A DNA stretch of 64,000 nt from Iphione sp. A-MEVVRFRX5 (Eukaryota), in contig OZ320320.1 in NCBI GenBank assembly GCA_976226885.1, positions 57,908,001 to 57,972,000 of the forward strand. Reading direction: 5' to 3'. The position numbers were made by a program, and so were the translations under genes. Below the pieces are notes generated by a model. It did not search any database. It saw only the letters and a list, made by a program, of their open reading frames with translations, and was not told the origin of the DNA. This document shows positions 1-9,408 of the stretch, one piece after another. The number at the start of each line of letters is the position of its first letter. Position 1 is the stretch's first letter.

Positions 1-33
1 TGGCTCGACAAGGTAGAATTCCGCAGAGGGTGA

Positions 34-2532
34 TCAGTCCCCTTTTCTTTTCTGTCTTATCAAATTTTTCATCCAACGTGGTAACATTTCACCTCTATAT
101 TCAAAAATTCGATTCCTGTGCACTAATACCTTCTGTCCGGATTTGGTCTTCTGTAATATATGTCTTCCTAGATCCAATTGTTTAACATGTAGATATGGTC
201 CCCTCCAGGGAAAACTCAATTTTCCTTTCTTTATTCTCTGAAATTGGGGATCATAAAGCCATACATTTTCAGCTATTTCAGGTCTCCACTTGATCCGTTT
301 CTCATAAGTTTCTTTTTGTATTTCAGCAGCAGCTCGTAATTCTTCATGAACCATGATAAAGGCTGTGCGAAGACGTTCCTGAAGATCTTCAACATATGCG
401 GCCAAAGTTCTTTCTTCACGTTCTGGCAGTTTTGTTAGCAATTCTAGCGGTAGTTTGATTTCTCGTCCGTAAACTAACATATTAGGTGTTTTACTTGTTG
501 ATTGTTGTGGCGTTGCTCTGTATATAGACATAATAAATGGTAAGATTTCATCCCACTGTTTATCTTGTTCTTCCACAGCTGCTTTTAATAACTTATTCAA
601 TGTCCGAAAACTCCTTTCAATAAATCCGTCACTTTGTGGGTGCAATGGGGTAGTTCTAGTTTTTGTAATATGAAACATTGCACACAATTCTTGAATTATT
701 TGGCTTTCAAAATTCCTACCTTGATCCGAGTGCAATTCTCTAAAGGATCCGTGACGGCAAATAATTTCTTCAGCTATTATTTTAGCTATAGTAGTAGCTT
801 GTTGATCTGGAATGGCAAAAGCTTCTAACCATTTAGTAAAATAATCTCCCATCATCAGGATATAGCGATTGCCCCGATCCGTGAGAGGAAACGGACCAGC
901 TACGTCCATAGCCCAACGTTCCATGGGTTCACCAACAATATACTGATGAAGCGGTTCTCCTGGTACAGTACTTTTCTTCGCTAGCTGAGAACAAAGACAC
1001 CTGGATATATATGCCTTAACATCTTCCTGCATATTTGGCCAATAATAGGACAGACCAATATACGACACAGTCTGGTTTACTCCAAAATGAGCTCCTGCTG
1101 GTCCAGAATGTACTTCATGAATTATTTTCTTTCGACCTTCTTTGGGTATTATTTCTTGTAAACGTGTACTTTGATTATCAAACTCAAACCAAATTCGGTA
1201 CAACACTCCTCCTTTGATTTCAAGTCGATTCCACTGTTTACATAATGTTTTAGCTTCTGCAGATAAATGACTTATCTGTATCCACTCTGGTCTTTCCTTA
1301 GTAGTTTCTTTCATTCTTAAGATTGGTCCTATAGACTCATCTAAAAGCTGATTTCGTCGTTTCTCAAACAGTTCTGGATCCTTCCCCTCTTGTACTTGTG
1401 ATCTGGTTACTGCTCTGATCTTATTTTCTTCGTGTTCTCCTCCACACTGTTTACACGGAATCAATCTTGACAATGCATCAGCATTTCTATGTCGTTCTCC
1501 TGGACGATGCTCATAAGTTAGATTGTAGTTTTCTAATATTTCTATCCACCGAGCTACTTGTCCATGAGGTTCTTTTAATCTGTGAAACCAACTCACAGCG
1601 CTATTATCCGTACGGACCGTTACTTTTTGTCCATACAAATAGTAGTGCATCTTTTTAACTGCAGCCACCACAGCTAATAGTTCTCTTCTAGTGGTACAAT
1701 ATTTCATCTCAGCATCTGTGAGTGACCTGCTATAATATTGGATTACACGTTCCACTCCATTTTGAATCTGTGAGAGTACTGCTCCAATTCCAGTTCCACT
1801 AGCATCCGTATCCAAATAATATTGTCCTTCAGGTAATGGATACCCTAGTATAGGACTAGTTGTCAAAGCTGATTTTAAGTCTTCAAATGCTTGTTGTTGT
1901 TCAGGTCCCCACTCAAAAGGTGTATTTTTCTTAGTTAATTTCCTGAGTGCCGCGGATCTAGTAGCAAAATCCGGTACATACACACGGTAATAGGAACACA
2001 TCCCTAAAAAGGTACGAACCTCAGTCAAACTTGTAGGAGAATCCAGATCCCCGATTACTTTAATCTTGTAGGGGTCCGTTGAAATTCCCTCGAAGGTAAC
2101 TACATGTCCTAGGAAGGTTATTTCTTGTAAAAATAATTCACATTTCTTTGGCTTCATTTTCAATCCAGCTTTGGTTAGTCGTTGAAAGACACGACGTAAT
2201 CGCAGGGTAATTTCGTCAAAATCTTTTCCAAAAATGAGGATGTCATCCAGATATACTAAACATTCAGTCCATGTTAATCCGCGAAGGACCTCGTCCATCA
2301 ACCTCTCGAAGGTTGCTGGAGCATTCACAAGTCCAAAAGGCATAACAATGAACTCAAACAGTCCTCTTGATGTCACGAATGCTGTTTTGGGTACATCTTC
2401 TTGTTCCATTTCAACTTGCCAGTATCCACTTGCCAGATCCAGAGAACAAAAATAACGAGATCCAAGGACAGCATTCAGAGAGTCGTCAATCCGGGGTAAG
2501 GGGTAGGCATCTTTACATGTAATGTCATTCAA
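34..2532 (-). CDS. pol: Gypsy pol, 3' part: reverse transcriptase, RNase H, integrase (separated from the 5' part by one premature TGA)
   Basis: 832-aa ORF with DAYPLPRIDD, LDLASGYWQ, MPFGL, YLDD; RNase H LDTDAS..GIGAVL, YCTTRRELLA, TDNS, NADALSR; integrase H..H..C.C zinc motif, WAMD/LHSDQGRNF/GFIER (DDE) and WRGPY. Confidence 0.96.
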   Translation of the reverse strand: MNDITCKDAYPLPRIDDSLNAVLGSRYFCSLDLASGYWQVEMEQEDVPKTAFVTSRGLFEFIVMPFGLVNAPATFERLMDEVLRGLTWTECLVYLDDILIFGKDFDEITLRLRRVFQRLTKAGLKMKPKKCELFLQEITFLGHVVTFEGISTDPYKIKVIGDLDSPTSLTEVRTFLGMCSYYRVYVPDFATRSAALRKLTKKNTPFEWGPEQQQAFEDLKSALTTSPILGYPLPEGQYYLDTDASGTGIGAVLSQIQNGVERVIQYYSRSLTDAEMKYCTTRRELLAVVAAVKKMHYYLYGQKVTVRTDNSAVSWFHRLKEPHGQVARWIEILENYNLTYEHRPGERHRNADALSRLIPCKQCGGEHEENKIRAVTRSQVQEGKDPELFEKRRNQLLDESIGPILRMKETTKERPEWIQISHLSAEAKTLCKQWNRLEIKGGVLYRIWFEFDNQSTRLQEIIPKEGRKKIIHEVHSGPAGAHFGVNQTVSYIGLSYYWPNMQEDVKAYISRCLCSQLAKKSTVPGEPLHQYIVGEPMERWAMDVAGPFPLTDRGNRYILMMGDYFTKWLEAFAIPDQQATTIAKIIAEEIICRHGSFRELHSDQGRNFESQIIQELCAMFHITKTRTTPLHPQSDGFIERSFRTLNKLLKAAVEEQDKQWDEILPFIMSIYRATPQQSTSKTPNMLVYGREIKLPLELLTKLPEREERTLAAYVEDLQERLRTAFIMVHEELRAAAEIQKETYEKRIKWRPEIAENVWLYDPQFQRIKKGKLSFPWRGPYLHVKQLDLGRHILQKTKSGQKVLVHRNRIFEYRGEMLPRWMKNLIRQKRKGD

Positions 2533-3318
2533 TCATCTATAGTCCACACAGAATCTGGTGGAACCATCCTTCTTTTTAACCATTACTCTCGGACTGGCCC
2601 ACGGACTCTTACTTTCACGGATCACTCCTGCATCCAACATCTCTTGTACCAATTTCTCTTCTTCCTGACATTTTCCAAGCGGTAAACGTCTCACTCTTTG
2701 TTTGATTGGCGGATGTCCTTCGACGTCAATGGGGTGTTTTATGACTCCAGTGCGTCTAATATCTCCAGAGCCTGAGGAGAATGAATCCTTAAATTCTAAT
2801 AACATGTCCTTAACTATGTAATGTAAATGTTCTGGTAACTCTTTGACGGACCGCCGAAACAAATCTTGCAGATAAACGGGCAAATCCGTAACAATCTTAA
2901 CTAAATTTATCCTCTCCTCGGGTTTATAGTTGATGGAATGCTTATATTTCTTAAGCTGGACACTTTGGTCTGGAAAGTTCACAACTGCCTCTTGATCTTC
3001 AAGAAAATCACTTCCCAAAATGACGTCTTCTGGTACATCAGCGTAAACAGCAGGGGTTTCATAGGTTCGTCCGTCAGCATGAATTTCCAGGATTCCGTGT
3101 CCCGAAGTAGGGATACGTTCCCCTGTTATTCCAGTTAGAACCACATTAGTCGTCTTCTGGTACTCAGGACAAAACTTTTCTTGTGCTAAGGTGACTTCTG
3201 CTCCTGTATCAATAAGACAGTCAACTGGTTCTCCTTTAATTTTTGCTGGTAAATATAACCCTCTGCCTGCCACCGCGCCTATTCGCTGTTCCCGGACGGT
3301 GGCGTTTGTGCGTTTCCC
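2533..3318 (-). CDS. pol: Gypsy pol, 5' part: aspartic protease plus RT N-terminus, entered by -1 frameshift from gag
   Basis: LIDTGAEVT protease motif, ILGSDFL, SPWASP..MVKKKDGSTRFCVDYR. The frame stays open upstream to the GGGAAAC heptamer at 3312-3318 (ORF track gives 2533-3273). Confidence 0.93.
   Translation of the reverse strand, partial: GKRTNATVREQRIGAVAGRGLYLPAKIKGEPVDCLIDTGAEVTLAQEKFCPEYQKTTNVVLTGITGERIPTSGHGILEIHADGRTYETPAVYADVPEDVILGSDFLEDQEAVVNFPDQSVQLKKYKHSINYKPEERINLVKIVTDLPVYLQDLFRRSVKELPEHLHYIVKDMLLEFKDSFSSGSGDIRRTGVIKHPIDVEGHPPIKQRVRRLPLGKCQEEEKLVQEMLDAGVIRESKSPWASPRVMVKKKDGSTRFCVDYR
3269..3318 (-). promoter_or_regulatory. -1 programmed ribosomal frameshift signal (slippery heptamer plus downstream stem)
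   Basis: Minus strand reads AAG GGA AAC (G GGA AAC in gag frame, plus 3312-3318), an 8-nt spacer, then GCCACCG (3303-3297) pairing with CGGTGGC (3275-3269); pol is in the -1 frame. Confidence 0.8.
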
Positions 3319-4745
3319 TTCTGATCCATTTTAGTTGTGCCCTTTAGCTTAGGACAATCTTGCTTAAAATGGTCTTCAGAGAAACAATTCCAGCAAACAA
3401 ACTTTCCCTGTGCATTTCGCCCAGTACTTTTCACCTTGCTTTTCTCTCGTCGCGGATTCAGCTTAGGTGGTATCATTGGCTTAGCTGGTTTAGGGGTTAC
3501 AGTTGCGACAGGCTTCTGAATTTCTTCTTTCAACTTCTGTATCTGTTCTTTCAGAGTGTCCTCTGTGACAATGGTACGAATTTTCTTCTTTTTAGTGTAC
3601 ATTTCTTCCATTTCAACCACACGGATTGCTTCCTCCAAGGTTTTAACGTCAGCACGCATACACTTCAATTCAAGCTTATCTCCAAGTGCTCGCTGAAAGA
3701 ATGCTACAGAAAAAGAGTCTCTGGTCTCACGGTCAACTGCAGGATAGGCTCTTCTCATCAACCTGCGTACTGTATCCGCGAGTTCCTTAGGCAATTGATC
3801 CTTTTCCCTTCTTAGAGTAGTCAATTCCTGTACGGCACGGACCTTCTCTCTCCCTCGTCCGAAACGATCCTGAAGCGCTGCTACCCTCTTCTGGTACGTA
3901 GATGTCTCGGCCGAGGTCAAGTCGCCGTAGAAAGAACGGGCCGAACCTGATAGGGACAGTGCTAACATGCTCTTCTTCGTCGGGAGGTCCCAATCGCTCA
4001 CCCGAGCCCATTCTTCGAATTGTGAGTGCCATCCCTCCCAGTCTGCTTTGCCATCGTATCGTTCCGGTTTGAGCAGGGTAATACGTGAGGGTCGTTTCGC
4101 TGTAACGGTCGTTACAGGCTTCGGTGATGATGAGGCGCTCTTCTCTATCTTGCGTCGCAATTTCCGTTTGAGTTCCAACTTCCTGGCTTCGTCTGTCAGG
4201 GATTCGCTGCCAGATTCTGCCTCGGTCTCGCCGGAATTCTGCAAATCGTCTTCTTGCTTGATGCGACGGTTCCTCAGTCGATATTTGCTCCTCTGCTGAA
4301 CAATTATAGGAGGAGTTCCTGGAAGACGCGGATCTATCCGGGGAGTCTGGTCGCTCTGACTCTCGACACCGACATCTTCTCCATCCTCGTGTACAGGGGG
4401 GTCCTCTCCATCCTCGTGAACTGAATCCTGTGGCTGCCCATGCCCAGGGACAGGGTCGACATTCTCGTCGATTACCTCTATCACGTCCTCGTCCTCGTCC
4501 TCGTCCTTGGACGGTTGGTCGTTCTCCACGTTCACGTCTATCGGTATTGGTGGAGGTTGTGGCTCTATCGGCACAGGCTGGTTGTTCTGCGGATTCTGGA
4601 TAGGCTGCGGCTCGATATTTGGCTCGAGTTCCAGTGGTAGATTCTGGGGGGGACCCTGAGGCGGCTGATCCTGGTTCCCATTCTGGTTCTGGGGAACTCC
4701 TTGGTCCTGGTCCAGGTGGATCCCGTTCGCTCCGTTGGCTGCCAT
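3279..4745 (-). CDS. gag: Gypsy gag with long Gln/Pro/acidic N-terminus, capsid-like core and CCHC zinc knuckle
   Basis: 489-aa ORF (AUG at 4745-4743 in good context gtgATGG); KPERYDGKADW...LQDRF capsid-like region; CWNCFSEDHFKQDC knuckle. Confidence 0.92.
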   Translation of the reverse strand: MAANGANGIHLDQDQGVPQNQNGNQDQPPQGPPQNLPLELEPNIEPQPIQNPQNNQPVPIEPQPPPIPIDVNVENDQPSKDEDEDEDVIEVIDENVDPVPGHGQPQDSVHEDGEDPPVHEDGEDVGVESQSDQTPRIDPRLPGTPPIIVQQRSKYRLRNRRIKQEDDLQNSGETEAESGSESLTDEARKLELKRKLRRKIEKSASSSPKPVTTVTAKRPSRITLLKPERYDGKADWEGWHSQFEEWARVSDWDLPTKKSMLALSLSGSARSFYGDLTSAETSTYQKRVAALQDRFGRGREKVRAVQELTTLRREKDQLPKELADTVRRLMRRAYPAVDRETRDSFSVAFFQRALGDKLELKCMRADVKTLEEAIRVVEMEEMYTKKKKIRTIVTEDTLKEQIQKLKEEIQKPVATVTPKPAKPMIPPKLNPRREKSKVKSTGRNAQGKFVCWNCFSEDHFKQDCPKLKGTTKMDQKGNAQTPPSGNSE

Positions 4746-4813
4746 CACTCATCTAGGCGTAGTTTCGTTTTATTGTTATCAGGAACTCGAAAAGTGTGTC
4801 TTTTTCTCTCCTT

Positions 4814-4836
4814 TTCGAATCCCACCGCTGCCACCA
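4814..4836 (-). promoter_or_regulatory. Primer-binding site complementary to the 3' end of tRNA-Leu
   Basis: Plus strand TTCGAATCCCACCGCTGCCACCA matches the 3' end plus CCA of eukaryotic tRNA-Leu(AAG/TAG) as I recall it; it lies 3 nt from the LTR terminus TGT at 4840. Confidence 0.88.
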
Positions 4837-4839
4837 AAA

Positions 4840-5261
4840 TGTAACGTGACTAACATAGAGAGAAATGAGAAGTCAACGGACCGAGTAAAAATAATCTTGA
4901 GAAAAAGTAGAATATAAGTTTCACTCCAATATACACTAAATCGTTGTGCATGGAATGGTCTCTCTCGTGTGTGCAAAGAGAAAGGGTCTGTTTATTCCAG
5001 AAAACATGGGTTTATATATGACAGTGTTACATAAGAGTCGCTAAAAATAGGATGTCTAGATACCTGCTTATGCGCAGCAAATAAACAATCCGCGCAGTAC
5101 CCCTACTACGCAGCATCACAATCCGTGAGGTACCTCTACTACGCAATAACTCTACTGGTCCGGAAGTCGTCACGGATCGCACCCTATCCCGGATCGCGGA
5201 TTCCGTTATGGACCGTTCTCACGGACCAACCATCCTTCTAACGCTATACGCTCCTATGACA
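4840..5261 (-). repeat. 5' LTR of the Gypsy element (~420 bp; outer boundary approximate)
   Basis: Begins TGTAAC on plus next to the PBS and plausibly ends ATGACA at 5261; element-strand TATATAAA (plus 5011-5018) is followed by AATAAA (plus 4991-4996). No second LTR in the window to confirm. Confidence 0.7.
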
Positions 5262-6632
5262 TGCATACACTACACAATGTTAGGAAACTGTATTACAGTT
5301 GAGCTGGAAGATTGCGAGTTCCACTTGGAACTTGTTACCCAAATACAGGTGTAAATTGTTGCTAAAATTGAACCACATTATGTAGTATATGAGAGGCTAA
5401 GCTTTCTTGAATAAATAGACATACTCTCACTGCACTTCAAGTGAGTTGCACCCAGCAGTTTTACATTTGGAGTGAACCAGACATCGATTTGTGTGGTCAT
5501 TATTGCATTCAAATCTACAAGCCGAGTTCATCACTTATCGAGCAGCGATCACATTCCACAGGCAATAGGAAAGCAATGAAGGGACGGGACATCTGTTGAA
5601 CTGTCTGACAAGATGATATAGGCATCGATAAGAAGTGCATTGAGATAGTGATGGAATAAAGGACACTGGATCCTTGTGAGTTAGAGTCATGACCTAGGGT
5701 TAGAGGTTCATATAAAAATTTACCCGGTTCAGAATGCACAGTTCAAAGTGCAAATGTAGAAAATAAATTTTGCTATAAAACAGTCAACTCCACCGTAACT
5801 CTTCACTCTGCTCCATACCTGTTCTTACATTATAACATCTGCAATAACCAGACCCCATGTAGTTCTTAGTAGTTCTGGCTTCTGCTTCATTATATTCTCA
5901 AAACACATTTAGGACAGATTTCTATGCTCACATAAGACACTCTTCCCACTGTTATAGTTTAAATTGATCAGAGATGTGAGCTCTCATTATGAAGTGGTTG
6001 GGTCCCAGGGTCTCAGTAGCTTATGCAAAGAAAAACATATTAGAACCTTCAACACTATCTCACCGTCCCCAGGCAGATACCTTTATTAGAACTTTTTGGT
6101 CCCATATATCACCCTTTTGTGAATCTCCCATATACCATGCGGTAACATGTTTTTGACTGTATTAAGTGCATTATACAATAAAGTTTATGTGTATTCTTTC
6201 ACTGCATCTTTTAACAGTTTATATCTGTACACTGTCATTTTTGACCGGAATAAAGATAAGCTTAAGGAATTCTATAGTCAAGAAAGGTAAGTTCATACAG
6301 GTGTATAGTTCAAGTCAAATGAAATGTTTGTTAAACATTACTATACTAGAGGCACATGCTATAGTTAACCAATTTGATCCTGTTGAAAGAATTACATGTA
6401 GTTGTGAAATTCATTCGTTAGGTACCTGCAGACAGGTGGCATGGTATTTCAGAGTAGACACCAGATGTCCTCAGCGCCCAGTTCTCCCCCCCCCCTCCCT
6501 CTCTCTGGCTGACTAGATCTAATTTTGGCAGTCGAGACTGGGTCGCTGTCCTGTTGAGACCGCTGCCGCTGCCGCTACCGAGGCCGCTACTTGCCGGTGA
6601 CCGACCTCTGTAATACTGGTCAACCCTTCAAA

Positions 6633-7562
6633 ATGGAGGAACGTTTCGAAGAAATGACTACCGCCTTCAAAAACCTGGCTACAGAGCTCAAGTCAGTGAA
6701 GGCACGTATGGACAAAATTGAGAAACAGACCACCAAGGCCAAGCCGACTACCCTCGGTATTCTCACGAGGTCAAAAACCAAGTCTACCCCTTCCGACACA
6801 CCCGACGGTGCCGGCGGGACCAGCGGAGACAGCCAGACCGACCCTGACCACAACGACGACCTTGAAGTCCCAGATGACCCGATGCCCACTCCAGACCAGC
6901 TTCGAGGAATGGCTGTCGGGACCATGAAGGACTTACTCCAGGAGGTGTATCCCGATTCCCTAACGGTAAAAGGTAGGAAGAATCGCTATTCCCCCGCCGT
7001 GTATATTTACATTAAAGGCACTGACAAAATGGAGATAGCCTCCCTGAGTCTACACCAGTATATTCGTGGGGCCCTGCTCATGGTCCTCGATGAAAAGGCC
7101 CCATCCTCCCTAGATAGACTTTCTCTGCTCGAGCATCTTGTTGATTTGACCGGTGAGTCCCACAACCTACCATGGCCCCCATTGAGAGACTGGGTCGGGG
7201 AGCTTTGGGACGCCTTCAACTTTGGTCGACTGACACTGGATGATAATCAACAGATTCAGCAACTTAAGTCTCGAGCTATCAATGCTTATAGGGAGAACGC
7301 CACTGCCACTAAGCATAAGGACACTTCAGCTGTCTGTCCGGAGTGGCTTTATGGAAAGTGCAAGTCCTCATCACCACATGATGTTTCCTCATTGTCTGTC
7401 ACTCATAGTTGCCCTGTCTGTTTGCATGTCCACGGCAAGAACCTCGATCACAAGATCGACACGTGTCGTACCAGAAGGAAGATCACCAGACAAGACAACC
7501 AGCCATGGCCCAAGGCTTCCGACGCTGCCCAGCCCCGGAAGCAGAAGGACACGGAGTGGTAG
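6633..7562 (+). CDS. gag: DIRS/Ngaro ORF1 (gag-like)
   Basis: AUG at 6633 (aaaATGG); N-terminal coiled-coil-like EERFEEMTTAFKNLATELKSVKARMDKIEK; C-terminal Cys/His cluster CPEWLYGKC...HSCPVC...H....C as seen in YR-retrotransposon ORF1s. Confidence 0.8.
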   Translation: MEERFEEMTTAFKNLATELKSVKARMDKIEKQTTKAKPTTLGILTRSKTKSTPSDTPDGAGGTSGDSQTDPDHNDDLEVPDDPMPTPDQLRGMAVGTMKDLLQEVYPDSLTVKGRKNRYSPAVYIYIKGTDKMEIASLSLHQYIRGALLMVLDEKAPSSLDRLSLLEHLVDLTGESHNLPWPPLRDWVGELWDAFNFGRLTLDDNQQIQQLKSRAINAYRENATATKHKDTSAVCPEWLYGKCKSSSPHDVSSLSVTHSCPVCLHVHGKNLDHKIDTCRTRRKITRQDNQPWPKASDAAQPRKQKDTEW

Positions 7563-9391
7563 ACGCACCCATGTATATCGACAGCGTCTGGACTGCTGAA
7601 ACCCCTCCATATCGTCATCCACAAGCAACAGACTGCTTAATTAATTATGCCTTTCTTTCAGAAATTCCCCCGGCAATTGATGACCACACTGTTTCAAAGC
7701 TGTTGTATTGGCCTATAAGCAATCAATTACTCCCATTAGAGTATAAGCGAATTTATGACGCAGTCCGCAGTACTGGACGCCCAAATTTTATGGAAGCTAG
7801 AGTAGCAGTTCCATCTCAGCTAAATATACCTGCATGGGCAGACATGTTTTCCCAGTATCCTAGATCATGTATTCTACTTGATTACATTACATACGGTTTT
7901 CCCATCGGATATTGTGCCCCTAACTTGCCTGTGTCTAAACCACCGTATGCCTTTGACATGACCCATAAGTCCTCCCTATCATCTTATCTTAAAACCGAGC
8001 TAGATTTCTCTGCCCTACTGGGCCCCTTTCCTACCGTCCCCTTCTCGGATATAACCATTTCCCCCTTGATGACCAGGGCCAAGTCCGACTCCCCCAATAG
8101 ACGAATCATTGTCGACCTGTCTCATAGTAATGTAAATACATACATCCCAGAAAATTCATACTTTGGTAAATGCGTCCACCTTTCGCTTCCTTCTACTGAT
8201 GCCCTCCTCACTTTGATACAAAATTCCACTGACCCATTCATATTCTCTCTAGATCTTTCGCGGGCTTATCGCAACTTTTTAGCTGACCCCTTGGATTGGC
8301 CCCTCTTGGGAATCCACGCCCTAGGTAATATTTATGTCGACACAAGACTCCCGTTCGGTACCCGTTATAGCTCCCTTATTCTTCAGGTGCTTTCAGAAAT
8401 CATTGTGCATCATATCTGTTCTGCCTTCCCTTCTCTCCAAGCCTTAGCTTATCTTGATGATTACATCTTCCTGTCGAGCGATCTTCCCCTGGCCCATAAG
8501 GCGTACCATTTTGCTATCCATCATATCGAATCCCTTGGTCTTTCATTACCTAAGCATAAATGCATTCCCCCTACTAAGTCTCTCACTTGGTTAGGAGTGC
8601 ATTTTGATCTCTCCACCTTCATCATTTCTATCCCCACACACAAAGTTCATAAGTCGATTGATCTTATTACACATATACTTCACTCATCAAGCATCACCTA
8701 TAAGATCTTTAACTCATTACTCGGCTCACTGAATCACCTCTCAAAGTGCATTCACCCCATTCGCCTGTTTGTTGGACGCATGCTACATTCATACAGAACT
8801 CAGTTAGCTGCTGCCAACCCTTTCTTTGTTCTTGACCCCCCTACGGTGGCCGATCTTCACTGGCTCCGTAGGCTCCTTCCACGATGCAATGCGAAGTCTA
8901 TTATCAAGCCCAAACATGTCAAGGCCACTATACATTGTGATGCATGCCCTAATGGCCTAGGGGCCTACTGTGCTCATGCTTACTATGCCATCCGAGTTCC
9001 AGACAAATGGTCTCACCATTCCATATCAGTCCTAGAGGCGGCAAATGCAGCCTTGGCCATCAGGTGCTTTGCACAATATATTCCCGATGGTACCACCCTT
9101 AAATTATATTGTGACAACTCAGCTGCAGTTTCGGCTTTTAATACTGGGAAAGCCCAGAATCAATCCCTCCTCGCCATCGCTAGGGGACTCTGGTTCCTCC
9201 AAGCTAATCATGATTATCTCATTCTGTATTCCCACCTCCCAGGTGTCCATATGGTTCATGCCGACGCCCTATCCCGCTCATTCATTTCCCATAAACATTT
9301 CGCCATCTCCACCAAGTTCATAACTGACAACCCTCAGATGCAAAGAGTCACCCCCTCATCCAACCAGATAACGAAAGTCTTCTCATTCTGA
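7409..9391 (+). CDS. DIRS/Ngaro ORF2: reverse transcriptase plus RNase H, uninterrupted
   Basis: 660-aa ORF; YGFPIGY, ISPLMTRAK..RRIIVDLS, LDLSRAYR, LPFG, YLDD, LTWLG; RNase H HCDAC, VLEA, YCDN, ADALSR. Confidence 0.93.
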   Translation: MPCLFACPRQEPRSQDRHVSYQKEDHQTRQPAMAQGFRRCPAPEAEGHGVVDAPMYIDSVWTAETPPYRHPQATDCLINYAFLSEIPPAIDDHTVSKLLYWPISNQLLPLEYKRIYDAVRSTGRPNFMEARVAVPSQLNIPAWADMFSQYPRSCILLDYITYGFPIGYCAPNLPVSKPPYAFDMTHKSSLSSYLKTELDFSALLGPFPTVPFSDITISPLMTRAKSDSPNRRIIVDLSHSNVNTYIPENSYFGKCVHLSLPSTDALLTLIQNSTDPFIFSLDLSRAYRNFLADPLDWPLLGIHALGNIYVDTRLPFGTRYSSLILQVLSEIIVHHICSAFPSLQALAYLDDYIFLSSDLPLAHKAYHFAIHHIESLGLSLPKHKCIPPTKSLTWLGVHFDLSTFIISIPTHKVHKSIDLITHILHSSSITYKIFNSLLGSLNHLSKCIHPIRLFVGRMLHSYRTQLAAANPFFVLDPPTVADLHWLRRLLPRCNAKSIIKPKHVKATIHCDACPNGLGAYCAHAYYAIRVPDKWSHHSISVLEAANAALAIRCFAQYIPDGTTLKLYCDNSAAVSAFNTGKAQNQSLLAIARGLWFLQANHDYLILYSHLPGVHMVHADALSRSFISHKHFAISTKFITDNPQMQRVTPSSNQITKVFSF

Positions 9392-9408
9392 TTATTACAG
9401 ACCCATGA

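Larger units (their letters stand above)
1..5261 (-). mobile_element. Ty3/Gypsy LTR retrotransposon, young; 3' LTR lies outside the window
   Basis: Order on the minus strand: LTR, PBS, gag (CCHC knuckle), protease (DTGA), RT (YLDD), RNase H, integrase. PR-RT-RH-IN order is diagnostic of Ty3/Gypsy. Confidence 0.96.

Noticed and set aside
634-4640. Plus-strand ORFs antisense to Gypsy gag/pol, and minus-strand ORFs antisense to the DIRS
   Set aside because: Short (60-151 aa), no motifs; expected shadows of long ORFs.
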